DNA of 20,112 nucleotides from Candidatus Eiseniibacteriota bacterium (lineage in GTDB: Bacteria; Eisenbacteria; RBG-16-71-46): the NCBI GenBank assembly GCA_031370785.1, contig JANMQY010000122.1:1-20112 (forward strand), read 5' to 3'. The translations under genes and the position numbers were made by a program. The notes below the pieces were generated by a model that was not told where the DNA came from, made no database searches, and worked only from the letters and a program-made list of their open reading frames with translations. Numbering within the stretch: position 1 is the first letter of the stretch; each line of letters opens with the position of its first letter. This document shows positions 1 to 7,743 of the stretch, one piece after another.

Positions 1-453
1 GCTTTCGAAGAAGTCGAGCAGAAGCGCAGAACACTGCGCCTCTTCGACCCCGGCGAAGACCTCGACGCGGTGCGGCATCCGCCGATCGCGCAACAGGTCG
101 TACAGCGAGCCGGCCGCCCCGGCTTTGGGGTCCCAGGCGCCAAACACGACCACGGGCACCCGGGCGGCCAGGATCGCTCCCGCACACATCGCACACGGCT
201 CGAGGGTCACGTAGAGCGTGCATTCGTTGAGGCGCCAGGACCTGAGCGAGGTCGAAGCCGCGCCGATCGCGAGGATCTCGGCGTGCGCGGTCGCGTCCTG
301 CAGTCCCTCGACCTGATTGCGCCCGCGCCCGATGATGAGCCCTTCGCGCACGATCACGCAGCCGATCGGCACCTCATCGGCCACGGCCGCTGCCTGCGCT
401 TCGCGGAGCGCGGCGCGCATGCCCTGCTCGTCGTCGCGGATGAGCACCGACAT
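1..453 (-). CDS. tadA: tRNA adenosine(34) deaminase TadA, 3' end runs off the window
   Basis: Not in the ORF track. Manual translation from ATG at 453 gives MSVLIRDDEQGMRAALREA...EVPIGCVIV...DATAHAEILAI...LYVTLEPCAMCAGAI...DPKAGAAGS...LLLDFFES, with HAE and PCxxC zinc-deaminase motifs. Confidence 0.95.
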   Translation of the reverse strand, partial: MSVLIRDDEQGMRAALREAQAAAVADEVPIGCVIVREGLIIGRGRNQVEGLQDATAHAEILAIGAASTSLRSWRLNECTLYVTLEPCAMCAGAILAARVPVVVFGAWDPKAGAAGSLYDLLRDRRMPHRVEVFAGVEEAQCSALLLDFFES

Positions 454-461
454 GCCGTGAC

Positions 462-1193
462 TCAGGGCTCAGAAGGGGACGCGGGCTTGTCCGGAACCTG
501 GCTGGCCGCGGTTTGCGACGGGAACTGCGGCCTCCAGCGCTGCAGCAGATGAGTCACGAGCTCGAGCGGCTCGGGCCCCAGCGCCTCACCCGCTCCCGAC
601 TGGTGCAGCGCATTGCTGCCGCGCTCACCAGGCTCGCCGAGCAGCGCTTCGTGATACACGCCCTCGGCGTATTCGCCGCCGCCAGCGACCCACAGCAGCC
701 GGCCCGCGGAATCGACCAGCGCCGCGCGCAGCTGCACCGAAGTGGAAGGCTTGCCGGCCTGCTCGGGCTCGAGCCGCTGCCTCTCCCACTGATCGATGCG
801 CAGGCCAAGCACGGCGCGAACGCGCAGTCGCGCGCACAGGGCCGGGGCGAGCAGCGAGTCCACCTGCCCGGTCCTGATCATCGAGCTGCGCGCGAGCCGA
901 AGCAACGAGTCGCCCGCCGAGTCGCGCCGCAGGTTGTCGCGGCTGGTGGTTGCCGAGACCCAGCGGTAGCCCGAGCCCGCGAAGTTCTGCCCCCAGAGGC
1001 CTTCGACCAGCTTCTCGTTGGGCAGGCTGTTGTCGTAGCTCGCGACCGGCAACATGGCGATGCTCTCGACGCTGAGGCTCGCGAAGTCGGGGCGCGTCCA
1101 GATCACGTCGCCCGCCTTGTTCTTCTTTGGCGCGGCTGAGGCGGAGAAGGCGAGAGACAGCGCCGCGACCAGCACCAGGGCGAGGGGTCGCAT
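462..1193 (-). CDS. Exported hypothetical protein, possibly TolB-N/CsgG/DUF799-like alpha/beta fold
   Basis: 243 aa, Sec signal peptide ending in SASA. The segments SIAMLPV and VQLRAALVDSAGRLLW resemble this fold. Lies 4 nt from the upstream gene and 8 nt from tadA. Confidence 0.7.
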   Translation of the reverse strand: MRPLALVLVAALSLAFSASAAPKKNKAGDVIWTRPDFASLSVESIAMLPVASYDNSLPNEKLVEGLWGQNFAGSGYRWVSATTSRDNLRRDSAGDSLLRLARSSMIRTGQVDSLLAPALCARLRVRAVLGLRIDQWERQRLEPEQAGKPSTSVQLRAALVDSAGRLLWVAGGGEYAEGVYHEALLGEPGERGSNALHQSGAGEALGPEPLELVTHLLQRWRPQFPSQTAASQVPDKPASPSEP

Positions 1194-1197
1194 GGGC

Positions 1198-1530
1198 TCA
1201 GTTCCCCGAGACCGCCATCGCCGTCTTGTCCACGCGCGCGTTCGCCGGGCAACGCGGGCAGGCGCCCGAGTGATCCACCGGCTTGTCGTCGGCCGGGCAG
1301 ATGTAGGCGACCTTCATGGCGACCAGCGCCGTTCCGTCCATGCTGCACGCCCCGGCCTGATCGAAGTCCATGCCACACTTGGGACATTCGTAGACCAGGG
1401 TCTGATCGGTGAGCGCGGCGATGGCGCGCGGCTTGGAAGCGCCTTTCGCCGAGGCCGCCGTCGAGTGGTTCGAGGCGCCGCAGCCGCACAGCGCGAGGGC
1501 GAGCAGAGACACGATGAGTGCGCGCGTCAT
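1198..1530 (-). CDS. Small lipoprotein with two heavy-metal-binding-domain-like Cys repeats
   Basis: RBS GAGGAG upstream; lipobox-like LCGC; repeats YECPKC-x9-CSMD and YICPAD-x9-CPRC. Confidence 0.8.
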   Translation of the reverse strand: MTRALIVSLLALALCGCGASNHSTAASAKGASKPRAIAALTDQTLVYECPKCGMDFDQAGACSMDGTALVAMKVAYICPADDKPVDHSGACPRCPANARVDKTAMAVSGN

Positions 1531-1610
1531 GCGATTCTCCTCAGGAAGCGGTGGGAGCCAGCCGCATCGAGCTGGGAATGTTCCCCAGTCCGATCGCGGG
1601 GGAAGACAAT

Positions 1611-1687
1611 TGGCGCGCCCTGGAGGATTTGAACCCCCAACCTTCTGATCCGTAGTCAGATGCTCTATCCAATTGAGCTAAGGGCGC
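1611..1687 (-). tRNA. tRNA-Arg (ACG)
   Basis: Reverse complement GCGCCCTTAGCTCAATTGGATAGAGCATCTGACTACGGATCAGAAGGTTGGGGGTTCAAATCCTCCAGGGCGCGCCA; anticodon loop CT-ACG-GA; encoded CCA. Confidence 0.97.
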
Positions 1688-1709
1688 GCCCCGGTGCGAC
1701 GGACACGGA

Positions 1710-1801
1710 TGGCGGAGAGGAGAGGATTCGAACCTCCGGATCAGTTTTACCCGATCAACCGCTTAGCAGGCGGCTGCCTTCAGCCACTCGGCCACCTCTC
1801 C
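1710..1801 (-). tRNA. tRNA-Ser (GCT)
   Basis: GGAGAGGTGGCCGAGTGG...GCCGC-CT-GCT-AA-GCGGT, long variable arm, GGTTCGAATCC, ends GCCA. Confidence 0.96.
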
Positions 1802-1811
1802 AAGGTACTAC

Positions 1812-1897
1812 TGGCGGAGGGAGTAGGATTCGAACCCACGGAGCTTTCGCCCTCCGGTTTTCAAGACCGGCGCCTTAAACCACTCGGCCATCCCTCC
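1812..1897 (-). tRNA. tRNA-Ser (TGA)
   Basis: GGAGGGATGGCCGAGTGG...CCGGT-CT-TGA-AA-ACCGG, variable arm GGGCGAAAGCTC, GGTTCGAATCC, ends GCCA. Confidence 0.96.
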
Positions 1898-1926
1898 GCA
1901 GGACAGCTGAGTCGAAGCGGCTGCGC

Positions 1927-1955
1927 ATGATAACGGGTGGCGCTGGAGGGTGCAA
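1927..1955 (-). promoter_or_regulatory. sigma70-type promoter of the tRNA cluster
   Basis: Minus strand TTGCAC-N17-TATCAT followed by a GC-rich discriminator (GCGCAGCC), 29 nt upstream of the first tRNA; typical stable-RNA promoter layout. Confidence 0.8.
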
Positions 1956-2000
1956 GGCGACGGACAGGGCAGCAGTGGAGTACGTGCGCGCATCGACTGC

Positions 2001-2036
2001 AAGAACGCCCGGGCCTGCAGGGACCCGGGCGTCCTT
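2001..2036 (-). terminator. Hairpin, probable intrinsic terminator of the ice-binding gene
   Basis: Minus strand AAGGACGCCCGGGT-CCCTGCAG-GCCCGGGCGTTCTT about 35 nt past the stop; U-tract is short. Confidence 0.6.
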
Positions 2037-2070
2037 CATTTTCCAACTCGTCGCCAACCGCTTCGGAACC

Positions 2071-3117
2071 TTACGGTGCTGGCTTGACGACGACATTCCC
2101 AGACATCGACACCCCACCAATCCGCGCGAGCGCCCTGCCGGTCAGCGTCGCCTTGGTGTTCAGGCTGATGGACTGATTCGCCATGATGGTGCCCTTGAAT
2201 GCGGACGTCGTTCCGAGAGTCGCCGAACTTCCGACCTGCCAGAAGACATTCGACGCCTTTGCGTTTCCAATCAGAATCACGGATCGGCCGGATGTCGTGG
2301 TCAGCGTCGAAGCCATCTGAAAGATGAAAACGGAATTCGCGTCGCCCTTGCCATCGAGAGTCAGATCACCGGAGGAGATGGCGAGCGAAGATGTGGACTT
2401 GTAGAGCCCGGGGGGCAGAGTCAGCCCGCCGAGATTCCCTGCGACGGTGACGGGTGCCAGGGTTCGCCCAGCCGCGTCGTTGTACGCGACGGTCAGAGCA
2501 GCCATGGCCTGCGCCGAGGACGCATCGCCGGCATGCTTCGCGCCGGTCAGGGTTCCAGGCGGAAAGCCGGTCACCGCGGTTCCGGGGCTCACGCCCAGAT
2601 CTCCCGTCAGCTTGGTCAAGCCCGTGTTGGTGACTGTCGAACCACCGAGAATCACGTACCCGGCGACCGCGCCGAGATTCGGTGCCACCTGATTGCTGGA
2701 GCTCGACGCCATCGTGAAGCTCCACACATGGCTGCTCGCGAGAGCATTGCCACTGAGATCCGTTGCGCCGGTTGAAACCGTCGCGGTGTAGGTCGCGCCG
2801 GGCGCGAGTGCGGCTGTGGGCGTGAATCTCGCCCGCTTGGTCGCCGCATCGTAGGTGACTGCTCCATCCACTGCGACTGCGCCCGGTCCGGTCACGGTGA
2901 AGGTCGTTGTCGTGATCGTCGAGGCTGCCATCGATTCGCTGAACGATGCCGTGATGACTGCAACGCCTGTGGCGCCATTGAGAGGATTGGTGGAGCTCAC
3001 GGTGGGTGCGAGGGTGTCGGGTCCCGGCGCGATGGGGTTGGACTCGCGACATCCAGCCGCGACGACCAGAAATATTGCGAGCGGTATTGCTGTGAACGTG
3101 CTCGTTCGGAAATGCAT
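2071..3117 (-). CDS. Ice-binding-like (DUF3494) lipoprotein with an N-terminal bacterial Ig-like (Big_5-type) domain
   Basis: Lipobox AAGC; Ig-like segment DTLAPTVSSTNPLNGATGV...FSESM...GATDLSGNALAS..WSFT; DUF3494 hallmarks NTGLTKLTGDLGVSPG, AYNDAAGR, LGGLTLPPGLY, LTLDGKGDANSVFIFQ, ASNVFWQVGSSATLG, GRALAR. Confidence 0.92.
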   Translation of the reverse strand: MHFRTSTFTAIPLAIFLVVAAGCRESNPIAPGPDTLAPTVSSTNPLNGATGVAVITASFSESMAASTITTTTFTVTGPGAVAVDGAVTYDAATKRARFTPTAALAPGATYTATVSTGATDLSGNALASSHVWSFTMASSSSNQVAPNLGAVAGYVILGGSTVTNTGLTKLTGDLGVSPGTAVTGFPPGTLTGAKHAGDASSAQAMAALTVAYNDAAGRTLAPVTVAGNLGGLTLPPGLYKSTSSLAISSGDLTLDGKGDANSVFIFQMASTLTTTSGRSVILIGNAKASNVFWQVGSSATLGTTSAFKGTIMANQSISLNTKATLTGRALARIGGVSMSGNVVVKPAP

Positions 3118-3363
3118 GGGTCAGGTCCTCTGCCGCAAGAAGGTCGAGCGTGCGTGCTGCCCCGCGACGTTTCCATTGGCTTGTCGATGTGAATGGCGCG
3201 CACGCCAGTGGCTGGACCGGAGAGTTGTCCTGGGTCAGCCGGGATTGGTAGATCCTGCGATTCTTGGCTTGCGTGCCCTATGGAGCAGGACCTCACATTG
3301 CCCACACGCGGCAGGGGACCCGAAGCTTCCTTCCCCGAGGAACTCCGCAACACTCAGGAGTCA

Positions 3364-3379
3364 CGCACGAAGGGTGCCA
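3364..3379 (-). promoter_or_regulatory. Candidate sigma54 -24/-12 promoter upstream of the ice-binding gene
   Basis: Minus strand TGGCACCCTTCGTGCG with exact GG-N10-GC spacing, versus consensus TGGCAC-N5-TTGC. Confidence 0.4.
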
Positions 3380-3606
3380 CGCATCGGATAAGGGACGTAA
3401 CCTCCACAGACCCATGCTGGAGTGCCCGCTAGCTCCGCCTCTCGTCGCAGCGGAGGGCAGTCGATCGAGGGTCGACCGCAGCCAGAAAATGAAAGAAGTT
3501 CAAAATCTTCGGTCGGTTGTTCAAACCGTGGTGCGGGCAAGTGTGTGGTCGAGGACATCGATACCGATGCCCGGTGCAAATCGACCGCGTCCTGGCGACG
3601 CTTCCC

Positions 3607-3924
3607 TCAATGAATCAGCAGCAGCTTCCGAGTTGCCGAGTAGCCGTTGGCGGTCAGCCTGCAGAAGTAGAGTCCGGGGGTGCGATCCGAGAGGTCGACG
3701 CGGATCGGATGTCTTCCGGGCTCGAACGACACGCCATCGAGCGCGGTGAGGACTTCCCGGCCCGTGACGTCATAGACCTTGAGCGAGACTCTTGCGCCCG
3801 CGTTCAGTGCGAGCTTCTCGAGTTCGGCATGTACTTCGACTCCTTCCGATGGAGTTGAAGAGCTTTCGACTCGTTTCGCCATCCTGTGCGAAGGCCACCT
3901 GAGGGAGCGCGGGAATCGCGCCAC
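3607..3924 (-). pseudogene. Orphan T9SS type A / FlgD-Ig-like C-terminal sorting domain (gene remnant or mini-protein); 5' boundary uncertain
   Basis: ARVSLKVYDVTGREV...PGRHPIRVDLSDRTPGLYFCRLTANGYSATRKLLLIH matches the sorting-domain pattern; no signal peptide, cargo domain or PNPF motif upstream. Confidence 0.65.
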
Positions 3925-4075
3925 CCGGGGAGGAACGCGGCACGGCGCAATCTAGCGCAGGGGCGGAACGCAGAGAAGCGACAATCCAGCCTTTCATTCG
4001 CCGGAGGCGTTCACTAGCATGTTCCCGCATCGGCCTACGCGCATTTCGGCAATCCTTCCCGCCCAAGGAGTGTGC

Positions 4076-6745
4076 ATGCGTCCCCCTGCCCCCTTTCACC
4101 TGCTTTGCCTCGCGTTCGTGCTCGCGCTCTGGGGTCCGTCGATCGCGCGCGCGGCGGACTCCGCCGAGAGCGACCGCCTCAGCCGGGACGTGGTTCCGAC
4201 GCGCCAGGCGGTGCGGCTGGTCCTCGATGCGGACAAGTCCGACTACACCGGGACGGTGTCGGTGGCGCTGAAGGTCGTGCGGTCGACCGTTGCGATCCGT
4301 TTCCATGCGCGCGCGCTCACCGTCGACGCCGTCACACTGACCGGCCCGCAGGGGGCTGTCCCCGTGAAAGGGATCGACAAGCCGCGGCCCGACCAGGCGC
4401 GCGTCACGCTCACCAGGCCGATCGTGCCGGGTGACTACATGGCGACGATCAGTTTCCACAACGACTACAACACGCGCGCGGTGGCGCTCTACAAGGTCGA
4501 GACCGGCGGGCGCTCCTATCTGTTCACACAGTTCGAGGCCACCGAGGCGCGCGAAGCATTTCCGTGCTGGGACGAGCCGGAGTTCAAGATCCCGTGGCAG
4601 ATCCGGCTCGCAGTGCCGAGCACCCACCTGGCGGTGAGCAATACGCCGATCGCCAGCGAGACACCGGGCGCGGACGGCATGAAGGTGGTGACGTTCCTCG
4701 AGACGAAGCCGCTGCCGTCCTACCTGATCGCGATCGCGACCGGGCCGCTCGAGTCGGTCGAGATTCCGGGCATGTCGGTGCCGGGACGTGTGATCACGGT
4801 CAAGGGCCAGACCGCGCTCGCCGCCGAGGCGGTCAAGGTCACGCCGCCGATTCTCAAGGCGCTCGAGGACTATTTCGGACGGCCCTATCCGTACGAGAAG
4901 CTCGACCTGATCGCCGCGCCCGAGTTCCTCTACGGAGCGATGGAGAACGCGGGCGCGGTGGTGTTCGCCGACCGCCGGCTGCTGGTCGTTCCGGGAGCCA
5001 CCAGCGCCGAGCAGCAGCGTCAGCTGACCGGCGTGATCGCGCACGAGCTCGCTCACATGTGGTTCGGCGACCTCGTGACCATGAGGTGGTGGGACGACCT
5101 GTGGCTCAACGAGTCGTTCGCGACCTGGATGGCCACCCACGTGATGGATCGCGTCTTCCCCGACGTCCACTCCGGCCTGCTCAGCCTGATCGGCTATCAG
5201 CGCGCATTTGCGACCGACTCGCGACTCTCGACCAATGCGATGCGCCAGAAGGTCGAGTCCGCGGACAACCTGAATCAGATGGCGAACGACCTGGCGTATC
5301 AGAAGGGCGAAGCCGTGCTCACCATGTTCGAGGGCTGGCTCGGCGTGCCCACGTTCCGCGCGGGCGTGATCGCGTACCTCAAAGCCCACGAGTGGTCGAA
5401 CGCCGAGGGACAGGATCTGTGGAACGCGCTGTCCAAGGCCTCGGCTCAGGACATCGGCGCGGCAATGTCGACGTTTCTCGAGCAGCCCGGCGTGCCGCTG
5501 GTGCGTGTCGAGCCCACCGCCGACGGAAGCGTTCGCCTGACCCAGCGCCGTTTTCTCACTTCCGGCGCGGTCGCGCCGACCGCGCAGCTGTGGCGCATTC
5601 CGGTGAGCCTGCGCTTCGCTCACGGCGGAAAGATCGAGACCAAGCGGGTGTGGCTCACCGACAGCGTGGAGACGGTGAGTCTGGGAATCGGACATGCGCC
5701 GGATTGGATCTATCCGAACGCCGGAGCGAGCGCCTACTACCGATGGACCGTGCCCGACCCGATGCTCGAGAAGCTGGCGACCAGCGCCCGCGCGAGCCTC
5801 GAGCCCGCGGAGCGCATGGCCTACATCCTCAACCTCACGGCGCTCTTGCGCGCCGGCGAAGTGCACGGCAATGACTACCTGAAGCGGGTCGGGGGCTTCG
5901 CGGACGATTCGGCGCCCGAGGTGATCAGCGTGATGATCGACATGCTGAACGAGTCCCGGGCCAGCCTGATCCCCGCGAATCAGGACGAAGCGTTCGCCGC
6001 GTGGCTGCGCGCCACGTTCGACCCCGCGCTCGATCGGATCGGCCTGAGCAAGAGCGCCGGCGAGCCGCTCGGCTACTCGTTCACGCGTCCGCTGCTGATG
6101 CGCTTCCTCGGCGATGCCGGGCGTGACCGTCGGGTGGTCGCGTACGCCGAGTCGCTCGGCCGCGCCTATCTGCAGGACTCACGCTCGATCGATCCGTCGC
6201 TCGCCGAAGTCTCGATCACGCTGCCCGCGCTGCGCGGCGGTCGTGCCCTGTTCGAGGAATATCGCAAGCGATTCGAGAACACGAAGGTCCCGATCGAGCG
6301 CACGCTCTATCTGGCCGGGCTCGGCAGCTTCCGTGATCCGCAGCTGCGCGCCGCGGCGCTGGATTACGCGCTCAAGGGTCCGTTGCGCCCGCAGGAAGTG
6401 CTGCAGATTCCGCAGGCGATGGCGGTGAATGCGATGGGCGCGGAGTGGCGTGGCGCATCCGAGTATCCCGATGCGGTATTCGACTGGACCCTGAAGCGCC
6501 ACGCCGAGATCGCCGCGCGCCTGCCCCCCAATTTCCTGGTGCGGGTGATGTCGCTGTCGCTGGGCTGCGGAGATGATCGACTGGCTGCGGCGCGCGCGTT
6601 CTACTCGGATCCCTCTCATCGGATCCTGGGCGGCGAGCGCGCGATGGAGCGCATGACCGACGCGACCAGGGACTGCGTGAGCCTGCGCGACCGCGAGGCC
6701 CGGCGGGTGGCGGAGTATCTGCGGTCGGTGACCGCCAGGCCATAG
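4076..6745 (+). CDS. pepN: Secreted M1 family zinc aminopeptidase with ERAP1-like C-terminal domain
   Basis: TQFEATEAREAFPCWDEP, GAMEN, HELAH-x18-E, catalytic Tyr in AYQKG. Start moved to ATG 4076 (RBS AAGGAG), which yields a signal peptide. Confidence 0.93.
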   Translation: MRPPAPFHLLCLAFVLALWGPSIARAADSAESDRLSRDVVPTRQAVRLVLDADKSDYTGTVSVALKVVRSTVAIRFHARALTVDAVTLTGPQGAVPVKGIDKPRPDQARVTLTRPIVPGDYMATISFHNDYNTRAVALYKVETGGRSYLFTQFEATEAREAFPCWDEPEFKIPWQIRLAVPSTHLAVSNTPIASETPGADGMKVVTFLETKPLPSYLIAIATGPLESVEIPGMSVPGRVITVKGQTALAAEAVKVTPPILKALEDYFGRPYPYEKLDLIAAPEFLYGAMENAGAVVFADRRLLVVPGATSAEQQRQLTGVIAHELAHMWFGDLVTMRWWDDLWLNESFATWMATHVMDRVFPDVHSGLLSLIGYQRAFATDSRLSTNAMRQKVESADNLNQMANDLAYQKGEAVLTMFEGWLGVPTFRAGVIAYLKAHEWSNAEGQDLWNALSKASAQDIGAAMSTFLEQPGVPLVRVEPTADGSVRLTQRRFLTSGAVAPTAQLWRIPVSLRFAHGGKIETKRVWLTDSVETVSLGIGHAPDWIYPNAGASAYYRWTVPDPMLEKLATSARASLEPAERMAYILNLTALLRAGEVHGNDYLKRVGGFADDSAPEVISVMIDMLNESRASLIPANQDEAFAAWLRATFDPALDRIGLSKSAGEPLGYSFTRPLLMRFLGDAGRDRRVVAYAESLGRAYLQDSRSIDPSLAEVSITLPALRGGRALFEEYRKRFENTKVPIERTLYLAGLGSFRDPQLRAAALDYALKGPLRPQEVLQIPQAMAVNAMGAEWRGASEYPDAVFDWTLKRHAEIAARLPPNFLVRVMSLSLGCGDDRLAAARAFYSDPSHRILGGERAMERMTDATRDCVSLRDREARRVAEYLRSVTARP

Positions 6746-6801
6746 GCCCGCACGCCGATCGAAACGAATCAGCTCGCCAGTGACCTACCTCTGCCAGCGA
6801 C

Positions 6802-7743
6802 TCAGCTGCGCCGCCGGCCCACCATGACCACGCGGTCGCCGCGTACGTTGAATGCGGCGGTGAGCGGAAGATTGAGTGCATCGAGCGCCGCCATCAGGGT
6901 TCTCGACCCGCTCGCGGCCCTGCCGCGGGCTCGGCCCGGCGCGATCTTGCTCTGACGGATCGAGAGGGTCTCGAGCCCGCACGATTCGAAAAGCCGCGCG
7001 AGAGATCGAGGCGTGAACTCCCACAGGTGGTAGGGCGGCTCGTGCAGCACCCGGGTGCGCCCGATCGCACCGTAGAGCGCCATCGCCAGACCTCGCGCCA
7101 TCGAATGGGTCGTGATCGGGCCGCGCAGGTAGAGCACGCCGCCCGGGCGCAACACGCGCGCGGTCTCGGTCAGCACGGCGCGGCAGTCGGGGACGTGCTC
7201 GAGCACGTCCCCCATGTAGATCAGGTCGAACGTCGCCGCGGGAAAGCCGGCCTGGATCAGGTCTCCGTGGAACACTTCGAGCCCGAGCGAACGTGCGTGC
7301 GCCACAGCATCGGCCGACAGCTCGACGCCCTGGGCGCGCCAGCCGCGCTCGAGCGCATGCTTGAGCAGCCAGCCGGCCGCGCAGCCGACTTCCAGCAGAC
7401 GCCCCGGACGGGTGAGGCGTTCGAAGTCGTCGAGCAGCCCGTGATTCTCCCCGCGAAATGCCTCCTCGCTGGAATAGGGCACGTCGCTGCGACCGCAACG
7501 GAAGTCGCTCTCGAAGTACTCGGCCGAGTACATCCCGGCCAACGCCTCGGGTGTGGGCTGAACGGTCAGGAAGCGCATCGCGCAGGTGCGGCACTCGGCC
7601 GCGGGGAAGCGGCCCCGGTATTCGTAAGCGAAGGGAAGTGCGCGCAGCGCGGTGCCGCCGCAGGCGAGGCAGCGGTCGAGCGTGCGCGTGGCGAGCGGGG
7701 GCAGCTCCTTCGCGGATCGCGCGCCGGAGGAGGCGACGCTCAT
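6802..7743 (-). CDS. Class I SAM-dependent methyltransferase with N-terminal CxxC...CxxC zinc-ribbon
   Basis: CLAC...CRTC; LLEVGCAAG motif I; FDLIYMGDVLEHV; VLRPGG. Start at ATG 7743 overlaps the mnmA stop (ATGA). Confidence 0.88.
   Translation of the reverse strand: MSVASSGARSAKELPPLATRTLDRCLACGGTALRALPFAYEYRGRFPAAECRTCAMRFLTVQPTPEALAGMYSAEYFESDFRCGRSDVPYSSEEAFRGENHGLLDDFERLTRPGRLLEVGCAAGWLLKHALERGWRAQGVELSADAVAHARSLGLEVFHGDLIQAGFPAATFDLIYMGDVLEHVPDCRAVLTETARVLRPGGVLYLRGPITTHSMARGLAMALYGAIGRTRVLHEPPYHLWEFTPRSLARLFESCGLETLSIRQSKIAPGRARGRAASGSRTLMAALDALNLPLTAAFNVRGDRVVMVGRRRS

Noticed and set aside
70..552. 160-aa plus-strand ORF
   Set aside because: Antisense shadow of tadA, which carries clear catalytic motifs on the minus strand.
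462..1610. Integrative element at the tRNA-Arg 3' end
   Set aside because: No integrase and no duplicated tRNA 3' end (att repeat) found in the window.
1812..1897. Possible selenocysteine or suppressor tRNA
   Set aside because: The anticodon is TGA (reads the Ser codon UCA), not TCA, and the stems have normal tRNA-Ser geometry.
1409..2120. Several short ORFs over the tRNA cluster
   Set aside because: They are spurious translations of tRNA genes and their promoter.
3770..5874. Long antisense and alternate-frame ORFs (698 aa, 436 aa) over pepN; similar ones at 9224-11089, 14167-15822, 15650-17107 and 18595-19908
   Set aside because: Arg/Ala/Gly-rich shadow ORFs expected in high-GC DNA, with no motifs, overlapping well-supported genes.
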